Source of the DNA: an uncultured bacterium
Lineage (GTDB): Bacteria > SAR324 > NAC60-12
Direction: 5' to 3'
Assembly (NCBI GenBank): GCA_965662235.1
Contig: CBFIGY010000021.1
Location: forward strand, 1 to 48,837
Length of the DNA: 48,837 nt
A model generated the notes under the pieces. The model was not told the DNA's origin and searched no databases. It saw nothing but the letters and a program-made list of their open reading frames with translations. Each line of letters opens with the position of its first letter. Position 1 is the first letter of the stretch. Of this stretch, positions 36,501-43,000 are shown piece after piece. The position numbers were made by a program, and so were the translations under genes.

Positions 36501-37614
36501 TCGATTTGACGGAACCGATCGGCGGCTGGGTCTCATGAGCCCCAAAGAAGGCTTCCATGGAGTTGAGCTCCACCTTGTCGCCCAAAGGGGTTCCGGTGGC
36601 ATGGCACTCAATGTAGTCCATTTCCTTCGGGGGGACGCCTGATGACGCGTAAGCCCGCTCAAACGCAAGCTTCTGCCCTTTGGGATTGGGACTGAGGACA
36701 AACTGTCCGCGCCCATCGTTGGAGAGGCCGATGCCGCTGATGACCGCGTGGATGGGGTTGCCGTCTCGCTGTGCGTCAGACAGGCGCCGGAGGACGAACA
36801 TGCCGGCGCCTTCGCTGGCAAAAAGCCCCCCTGAGTGCTTGTCGAGAGGACGGCTGTCTCCAGACTCCGGGTAGGCCTGGAAGATGGAGAAGCCCATGTT
36901 GACAAAAAACGGATCGGCGGCACTGACGGCTCCGGCCAGCATCACCTCTGCCTGCTGAGACCAGAGGGTGTGGCAGGCGAGCCCGACGCTGTAGAGCGAG
37001 GAGGCACAGGCGGCGTCAAGGGCATAGGCCCGTCCGGAAAGTCCAAGGGCCTGCGCAATCAAGGAGGCAGGGCGCCCGGCAATTTCCACTGCAGAGGCGC
37101 CGGGTCCGGAAGAGGCTGGGACGTCACTGAACCGGTGGAGGTGAAAGTCCGGGCGGTCGAGCAGGCGCTGCAGAAGGGGCTCCCATGCTTCCTGATAGAG
37201 CGGCAGAACCTCGTGGTTGGAGGATTTGGTCGGAAAGGAAAGGTTGCCCAAAATCACTCCACACTGCGCCAGCAGGTCAGGACGATTCAGCAGCTGCGCG
37301 TCCCGCAACGCCTCACGTGCAACGTGCAGAGGCCACTGATAGACATCGTCAAGGCCCCGGAGCTGCTCGGCTGGCAGCTGAAAGCCCTCGGGATCAAACT
37401 GGAAGTCGTGCAGGTAACCGCCCTTGGCGCAGTAGTAGTGGTCAACAACGCCCTTGCGGTCAGCAAGAAACCGAGAGGGAGCAACCTGCAGCTGCTGCAC
37501 CGTGGCTTCGGAGCGCGAATCAACTCCAGCAAGGAGGTTCTTCCAGAAGGCTTCCGGGGTGTTGGCTCCCGGGAATAGGCAGGAGAGGCCGACAATGGCA
37601 ATGGGTTCAGGCAT
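30580..37614 (-). CDS. pfaBC: PUFA-synthase-like PfaBC fusion protein: KS-CLF-AT-(Pro-rich linker)-FabA-type DH domains (2344 aa)
   Basis: KS with DAACASS, HATGT and GHMLTAAG; second KS-like domain lacking the Cys (VSSEETS; chain length factor); AT with GYSMG; two FabA-type DH motifs FPCHFKDDPVMAGSL and FPCHFHEDPVMPGSL with intervening pseudo-DH segments. Confidence 0.92.
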   Translation of the reverse strand: MPEPIAIVGLSCLFPGANTPEAFWKNLLAGVDSRSEATVQQLQVAPSRFLADRKGVVDHYYCAKGGYLHDFQFDPEGFQLPAEQLRGLDDVYQWPLHVAREALRDAQLLNRPDLLAQCGVILGNLSFPTKSSNHEVLPLYQEAWEPLLQRLLDRPDFHLHRFSDVPASSGPGASAVEIAGRPASLIAQALGLSGRAYALDAACASSLYSVGLACHTLWSQQAEVMLAGAVSAADPFFVNMGFSIFQAYPESGDSRPLDKHSGGLFASEGAGMFVLRRLSDAQRDGNPIHAVISGIGLSNDGRGQFVLSPNPKGQKLAFERAYASSGVPPKEMDYIECHATGTPLGDKVELNSMEAFFGAHETQPPIGSVKSNLGHMLTAAGMGGMTKVILSLQQGQIPGTIGVQDPLVSEQGRFGGDRTLRETRPWPHDRAHRTAAVSAFGFGGCNAHLILENEPAQAPEKTAPTPLPALAVLGMDAIFGDRNGLAAIEQAFLEGETAFRSLPETRWRGLGTPDSGLTGAWLESFEMDFLRFRLPPNPQERLIPQQLLTLEVADRAIRQTSLKEGQNVAVLVAMEVELELHRFRGRVNLASQLEDSLAAAGLSLSEEQRQELEAVAKDALLEAVPVNRFTSFIGNIMASRISALWDFTGPALTVSSEETSVFKALEVAQMLLGSGSVDAVVVAAVDLAGSAESVTLRSRTAPLQTGPFAWPLDAAGKGWVPGEGAGALVLTTPEQAQDATPLALIESVAFASGTDATAVQQAAQNALGALQVAPEHIGLVTLQAAGLDRRDAAELQGLQALYPDAALGGASAHFGHSFAASGMASLLEALTALRSRTLPAVPHWNAFAEDHAESTPYVPTESRPWFRNTEAPVRRAAVSSLGQEAAHAILCEAPPVTPSVADTGGLFLLPITAPDVPQLQERLNALQTALQDNPSLPALARQTFEAQEHASGGLGVALLGSSAEELQQELAALQNGLPQALESGKDWVSPRGSCFSPVPLGLEGKVAFTYPGGFNSYLGNSRTVFRLMPELHEAMASHTTRLGEVLHDQKLYPRSRHRLSEAELQQQQEAFIQTPIAMFESGITTGVLHTKLLQEGFGLKPDLAFGYSMGEVTMMFALGVWGSMDPMSDLLDVSPLFKERLCGPMNTVRDAWKLGPDEQTDGPIWHWYTLRTTPDAAQKALETEERAYLILINTPQEVVIAGAADACERVARKLGVDPHPIQVTDVVHCAPVKADYEEVKRVHTHPVQGQPDLDFYSALNYRPTVLDSETIGANIGQIYGRTVDYTKLIENTYQDGARLFVDLGPRVSCAKWIAETLGDRPHLAVGVSRRGVDDRTQVLRALARLFSHRVPLNLERLAPPVPERPAKELRQTIVLGGAALQSIDTPENRARFRASVPAASVASEPVAVPSVSPEPVVASPEPSTPVAPMPAVVPPASPSPTPVASAAPVPTGWWGDYPNRLGQAHAAFLQFRQEGMRQMASLILQQMGGVSSTPEPVLTRVPPQPAASGPVAFDSQAPQPPVPVPSVQPSSAAAPKPPGVIFDHQDLLEFAGGQIANVFGLEYAEIDTYQRCVRLPLDPYLLVSRVTKLDAKLGEFKPSTITTEYDIPQQAWYCTDGQIPWAVAVESGQCDLMLISYLGIDFECRGDRVYRLLDCTLTYLEDMPREGETLRYDISIDSFARNGGTLLFFFHYECFVGDRMVMRMDGGCAGFFTDEELAEGHGVIRTQKELEARRQATKLYFEPLLSCTKTQFRREELLALSTGHPEVCFGPHYAQPGQNPSLKTAPEQFLMHDRITHVDRNGGDWGCGLVLSEKDLAPDHWYFPCHFKDDPVMAGSLMAEGCVQLMQFFMLYLGLQTRTQDATFQPIHGMSQVVRCRGQVIPGDTLLTYRMEVREIGLDPIPYAIADVDILLGDKIVVDFRNLGVQLVEKGSTFRLTQDWFETHPDRPALKSTQETAPRLTLPDPDATGFIADDQQLWEFALGEVAKCMGPDYAVYHNRPVQRNPNRDLQLLSRVRSFSGTRFHFEQPMTLVGEYDVPADAWYFRDNAHPAQMPYSVLMEIALQPCGFISAYSGAMFQYQNLDLHYRNLDGNGTLLAHPDLRGKTIVSEITLKSTVASGNTVIQTHDFALSVDGQRFYEGDTVFGYFTDDALSNQIGLDGGALKEPWIQQHTPDAVIDLKADASWFQGKEGRPFQRLASGQLSLLDELRIQAKGGLHEQGYVYGVRKVDPQDWFFPCHFHEDPVMPGSLGVEATLEALQGFALHQGLADRFQNPRFSWNLSRTVWRYRGQIIPETGRMQLEAHVKEIREELGQTILVADASLWRDDLRIYALTDLIIELRECGE

Positions 37615-37639
37615 GGAAACGACAGGCTCCCGTCAATGG

Positions 37640-40060
37640 TTAGTGGGCAGTGTGTGGCTGAAAGAGCGCGTTCAGGTTTTTGCTCAGGGTGACCTGAGCA
37701 CCCTGCATGCGGGCGTACACGGATCCATCCGGACCCAGCAGGCTCAGGTGTGCGTGCAGCTGCGTCTCTGAGGCTTCTTGAACCGTCAGGTGGATCCAGT
37801 ACTCCGACTCGAAGGGGAGGGGCTGAAAGCACTCCAGTTGGTCAAACTGCAGCGGCAGGCTTCCGGCGTCATGGAAGTGCCGGGCCCAGATGAGCATGAC
37901 CTGAAACGCCGGGTCGAGGGCGTAGGCGTTGAAGGGGCCGACGGGAAACTGTCCCTGCGCCTCCGGAGGCACCCAAGGCGCTTGGCACCGGGCGACAAGC
38001 TGCTGTTCGGTGAGCTGGGTGACCTCCTGCACGGCCTGAAAGAGCGGCCCGTGGAAAAGGGTGCCGTTTTGGTAGAACGTGCTTCCGGCATGAGTCGAGC
38101 CTGCTGGAGGAAGGGCTTCATGGGGAACCTCCGGGGGCGTCTGGCTGAAGGTGCAGGTGACGCTGTAGTGGTAGCGAGGCAGCTTTCCTTGGTGACTGGA
38201 GACCTTCAGGTCAAAGGTCCGGGTGCCGGCGCTGGGGGCCGCGACCTCCTGAATTTCCAGCAGGTACTCAGGAGCCAAGTGCTCATCGAAGAGGATGCCC
38301 TTGAGGACCTTGAAATCGGTGCAGCGGTGCAGATGATAGCCCGGAATGCAGGCCGCCACGGCGTCCACCATCCACTCCAACGCCAGCACCGCCGGGACGA
38401 CATCATGGATGCCGATGCGGTGATCCTTGAGTCCCGGATTCTGAAGAGGATCCAGGCGCCGCCAGATCCGCTGCTGGAGGGGAGCGGCAGGTTCTGATTC
38501 TCCCGAAAGGGCATTTCCCACGAGCAAGATGGGGAGTCCGGGCGTGCTTTGCAGTGCGGCATCGGCAAAAATACGGGCCCCTTCTGCGACCGGAATCACC
38601 TCGACGCCACGCTCCTCAAACATGCGTTTCAGTTCGGGGGTGACCATGCCCCCTTCCCAAGGACCCCAGTTGTAAGAGACCACCCGGCAGCTGGGGTGCT
38701 CCTGCTGAAAGGCGAGGGCCGCTCGGTTGAGCACCTCGTTCCCCATGGCATAATCCGACTGCCCCGCATTTCCGTAAAAACCGGCCCCGGAGGAAAAGAG
38801 GAGGAGGTGACTGAGGGCCTTCGGGTCAACGGCTTCCAGAAGCGCGTTGAGGCCTTCGACCTTGGTGCCGACCACAGCGTCAAAATCGGCGCTGGTCTTC
38901 TTTTCAATGTACTTGTCCGCCAGCACCCCAGCACCGTGGATGACGCCGGTCACCGCACCATGCTTTTGCACTAGGGGGGCAATCGCCTCCTTGATCTGTT
39001 CCGGATGAGTGGCATCAGCGCTCAGGTAAATCCCCATGCTGCCCCGGGCTTGCAGCTGCTCCAGGGTCTGACGAATGGCCCGGTTGGCTTCAACACGAGC
39101 AATCATCTGCCGGAGCTTCGCTGGCGTTGGCTTTTCCCCAGAGTCCGCGAGGGCCTTCATCGCGGCTTGACGCAGGTCGGCTTCGGTGGTCCGTCCGGAC
39201 GCCCAGTCGGGTTCGTCAGCAAGGGGAGAACGTCCCACCAGCAAGAAGGTTCCGGGCGCACGTTCGGCCAGGGCGAGGGTGCAGTCGGCAGTGACGCCCC
39301 GGGCGCCTCCACTGACCAGCCAGACAGGGTGTTCCGGAAGCGCCAGCGGCTGGGCCTCAGGTTCCAAGCGCTGCGGCAGGAGGCCAACACGTCCGGAGGG
39401 GCTCCAGGCGGTTTCCAGTAAACGAGCGTCCGGATCCTGAGCTTCTGCCAGCAGGTGCTCGGTGGCGAGTGCCGGAGCCAGATCAGGGGCGAGGTCCAAG
39501 GCACGGCAGTGTACTTCCGGCCACTCACGGGAGAGGGTTTTGGTGAGACCGGTCACACCACGGTCCAACCAGCCTGATGCCGTTTGGGTTCCGAAGCGAC
39601 CATCTAGCTGCGTCACCGTCAAAAACAGAGCGTTGGGGGTGCTTCGAAGAAGGGGGCTGAGGAGCTTGGCTAGGAGGAAGGCTCCTTTCAAGGCTTGCCC
39701 AGAGTCAGACTGAAGGCTCCGATGAGCGTCTGCGGCCGGAAGGAAAAGAAAGGCCCCGTTGAGCTGACTGAGGCCTAGGGTGCTGAGGGCTTCCTGCAGA
39801 GCGGGCTCAGAGGCCTCTGAAAGCGTGGCTGCGGAAACACGTGACTTGCGTCCCTTCACACCCGGAAGGCGCAAGAGGGAAACCGTGCTTCCACGGGCCG
39901 TCAGGGCTTTCTGCAACTCAGCCGCAACGGCAGAGCCATTGTCTAGGATCAGGTAGGAACCAGAGGCGTCCAGCCGCCCCTCTAGGCGATCCGGAGGGGG
40001 AAGCGGGACGATTTGGGGGCGACCTACAGTGACGGAGTAGGCCGCAGGCTCATTTAAGAG
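37640..40060 (-). CDS. pfaA: C-terminal KR-DH part of PfaA, in the -1 frame relative to the N-terminal part and without an evident own start
   Basis: KR motifs VSGGARGVT, IHGAGVLADK, FSSGAGFYGNAGQSDYAMGNE and WGPWEGGMVT; PKS-type DH DHRIGIHDVVP and LFHGP. First in-frame ATG lies ~300 codons downstream of the junction. Confidence 0.9.
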   Translation of the reverse strand, partial: LLNEPAAYSVTVGRPQIVPLPPPDRLEGRLDASGSYLILDNGSAVAAELQKALTARGSTVSLLRLPGVKGRKSRVSAATLSEASEPALQEALSTLGLSQLNGAFLFLPAADAHRSLQSDSGQALKGAFLLAKLLSPLLRSTPNALFLTVTQLDGRFGTQTASGWLDRGVTGLTKTLSREWPEVHCRALDLAPDLAPALATEHLLAEAQDPDARLLETAWSPSGRVGLLPQRLEPEAQPLALPEHPVWLVSGGARGVTADCTLALAERAPGTFLLVGRSPLADEPDWASGRTTEADLRQAAMKALADSGEKPTPAKLRQMIARVEANRAIRQTLEQLQARGSMGIYLSADATHPEQIKEAIAPLVQKHGAVTGVIHGAGVLADKYIEKKTSADFDAVVGTKVEGLNALLEAVDPKALSHLLLFSSGAGFYGNAGQSDYAMGNEVLNRAALAFQQEHPSCRVVSYNWGPWEGGMVTPELKRMFEERGVEVIPVAEGARIFADAALQSTPGLPILLVGNALSGESEPAAPLQQRIWRRLDPLQNPGLKDHRIGIHDVVPAVLALEWMVDAVAACIPGYHLHRCTDFKVLKGILFDEHLAPEYLLEIQEVAAPSAGTRTFDLKVSSHQGKLPRYHYSVTCTFSQTPPEVPHEALPPAGSTHAGSTFYQNGTLFHGPLFQAVQEVTQLTEQQLVARCQAPWVPPEAQGQFPVGPFNAYALDPAFQVMLIWARHFHDAGSLPLQFDQLECFQPLPFESEYWIHLTVQEASETQLHAHLSLLGPDGSVYARMQGAQVTLSKNLNALFQPHTAH

Positions 40061-40071
40061 TTTTTTTTTAC
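40019..40071 (-). other. Candidate programmed -1 frameshift / transcriptional slippage signal (A9 run + downstream hairpin)
   Basis: Minus strand GTA AAA AAA AAC TCT TAA with A9 at 40069-40061, containing A_AAA_AAC. Hairpin GCGGCCTAC-9nt-GTAGGTCGC at 40045-40019. One extra A joins the two pfaA frames. Confidence 0.6.
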
Positions 40072-43000
40072 TTCTGCGGAAGCTTCCACCGCAACCGGGG
40101 CGGTTGGCAGGTGGGCGGCCAACTTGTCGGCAATCTGCTGCAGGGTCCGGAGTTCCCCCAGGTCGCCGGTGTTGATTTCTTGCAGCCCGGGGAGCTTCTC
40201 CTGAATGGCCCACATGATCTCCACCCGTTTGATGGAGTCGACGCCGAGGTCGGCTTCGAGGTCCATGGAGAGCTCAAGCATCTCCTTCGGGTAACCCGTT
40301 TTTTCGCTGATGACCGCCAGCAGGGAGTCTTCAACCGTGGCCGCGCTGATCACCGACGGCCCAGCTGATTCCAGCGGGGTGGTTTGTCCGTTGGCAGCTG
40401 GAAGCAGAGCCTTGAGGTGGTTAGCAATCTGTCCGAGGCTGCGCATTTCGGCGAGGACCTGATTGTCCAGCTGCGGCAGCTGCGGGAATTTTTCCTGGAT
40501 GGCCCACATGATCTCCACGCGCTTGATGGAGTCGACGCCGAGGTCGGCCTCAAGCTCCATGCTCATTTCCAGCATGTTTGCAGGATAGCCCGTTTTTTCA
40601 CTGATGACGGCGAGCAGGGCTTCAGCAGGATCCGCTGCTGCAGCAGGTGCCGGAGCCGAGGCCTCCGGTGCGGCGGTGCTGGCGGCAGGAGCAGCCGTGG
40701 TGCTAGCTGCGGGGGCTGCAGTTTGGGGCGCCTTCGCCTGGAGGTACTCCTGAATCTGCCCGAGGGTCCGGAGCTCTCCCATTTCCTCTCCTCGGACGCC
40801 AGGGACGTCTGGGAGGCGATCTTGGACGGTGCCCAGGATTTCCACGCGCTTGATGGAGTCGATGCCAAGGTCGGCTTCGAGGTCCATCTCAGGCTCAAGC
40901 ATCTCTTTCGGGTAGCCCGTTTTGTCAGCGACGATGTCCAGAAGAACCGCATTGACGTCCAAGGCTGCTGTTGGTGCTGGAGCCGCTGCCGGAGCGGGGG
41001 TCGGTGCCGCTACTGGAGCCGGGGCTGGAGTGGCCACGGGAGGCGCTGCAACCACAGGAGGCGCGACTGGAGCGGGCGCAGGCGCAGGAGGTGCCGCGAC
41101 TGGGGGCGTGAAGCTGGGTGCCGGAGCCGGAGCGGGCATGACCGGAGGAGCAACCTGAGGCGCTGGAGCCGGCATGGGTGCCGGAGCGGGCAACGCCACA
41201 GAAGGAGCACTTCCGGCAAGCGAGCGCAGCTGCTCTGCCTGCTGAGTGAGGTAGAGCTCGTGGACCTTGAGGGTCTCCCCTTGATGAGCGTGGAACCACT
41301 GCATGCTCTGCGCAACGGTGTCCGGAATGGTTTGTCCCTGTGCGGCAAGCTGGAGCTGTTGCTGAAGGAGCTGCAGAACCGTGCGGGAGTACTCTCCTTG
41401 TTGCTGGAGGTACTGTTGGTGAACGGACAGGGTCGCTTGCTGCTGCGAGTACAGGTCTGAAACGCTGGGAGTGGAATGGCTCATGGCTTTTTGCAGAGAG
41501 GGCGCGCCAGGTGGTGTTGACGGCACAGATGGAGTTGCTGATTGCGGTTGTGCGGCTCGCGGAGGAGCTACCGGTTGCGGGGAGGGCGTCGTTCGGGGCT
41601 GCGTGCTTCCTGAAGCAGCCGGGGTGCCTCCTCCACCAGTTGAACCGGATCCTTTGGAAGAGACCGTAAAGCCATCTTCCAGGGCCTCCTTGAAGCGGTT
41701 TCGAGTGGCCTCACTGACGTAGTTGGCCCCTGTCATTTTTAGGGTCAGTGGGGATTTTTTACGAGTCGGTTTGGGGCGTTTCCACGCATAAGGATCGTAC
41801 CCCTGCAGCGGCAGTCCGAGCACGATCAGGTCCGTGACGGCTTGCCGGAACAGGCGGTCGCTGTCCTTCTTGGGGTTCTCATTCAGCGCCACGGCCGTGA
41901 ACTCCTTGTCACCGAGAATCGCTTCAACGAGCTTGGTCAGAACATTTTTGGGACCAAACTCAACAAAGATGCGTCCACCGGCAGCGTGGATGTTTTCAAT
42001 CTCTTCCCGGAAGCGGACCGAGTTGAGGATGTGCTCCTCCAGTCGTTTCTGAATGGCCTTGGGATCCGTGGGATAGGCCTCAGAGGTCGCATTGGAATAA
42101 ACCGGAACCTTGGGCTTGTTGAACTTGACGGACCGGATGGCTTCGGCAAAAGGCTTCTGGGCGTGTCCCACCAGCGTCGTGTGGAAGGCCGCTGAAACGG
42201 GAAGCAGCACAGCGTTGTACTTCTTCTCCTTGAGCGCTCCATGGGCTTCCTTGACGGCGGCGGTGGGGCCTGCAACCACCACCTGCTTGGGCGAATTCAG
42301 GTTCGCCATGACCACCTCCGGAAAGGCCTTGAGGTCGTCTTCGAGCTGGTCCAGCTTCCCCATGACGGCCATCATGGTGCCAGCTTCAAAGTTCGGATCT
42401 TCCGGAGCCTTCATGGCCTGTCCACGGGCAAAGGCCAGCTTGGTGTAGTCGGCTTCCGACAGCACTCCGGCAGCCCAAAGGGCGGTCAATTCGCCGAAGC
42501 TGTGTCCGGCAGTGAAGTCTGGCTGGAAACCCGCTTGGGTGAGGATCTTGAACAACCCGGCGCTGACGCCTCCGATGCCCGGTTGGGCGTGCTGCGTGAG
42601 CTGAAGCTGCGCTTCCTGAGCCGCTTGGGTGTCTTTGCTGAAGGCCGGGGGCGGAAAAACAACCTGCGACAGCGGTTTTTGTCCGGAGCTGCTGAATAGT
42701 TGATCCAGCTGCTGGTAAACTTCCAAGGGCGGCGGAAAATTGGTGAACAGCTCCCGGCCCATGTTGAGGTACTGAGACCCCTGTCCGGAGAACAGCGCGA
42801 CTACCTTGCCGCTTGAGTCCAAACCCGACTGGCGGTAGGTGACTCCCTTGACGCTCCAGTGGACGGCGTCGGCCTTCTTCTCAAAGGTTTCCAAAGCCGA
42901 CTGCAGAGCCGCCTGGGCCTCTTCCGGAGTGGCTGCGACCAGTCCGAGACGTGCCTGTTCTTGAGCCAGAGGAGCCTGAGACGCCTGGACCCACTCGTCA

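Noticed and set aside
40024..40053. Re-initiation at the ATG directly after the pfaA stop (TAAATG)
   Set aside because: This ATG is in the upstream frame, not the KR-DH frame, and ends after 9 codons.
40061..40213. Annotated start (MGHSGEAP...) of the 857-aa KR-DH ORF
   Set aside because: The first ~50 residues overlap ACP3 of pfaA in another frame and look non-protein-like. Pfa-like sequence starts only after the A9 run.
40960..41200. CRISPR array or DNA tandem repeat
   Set aside because: The repeated GGAGCC/GGTGCC units are codons of a Pro/Ala linker within pfaA, with no constant repeat-spacer structure.
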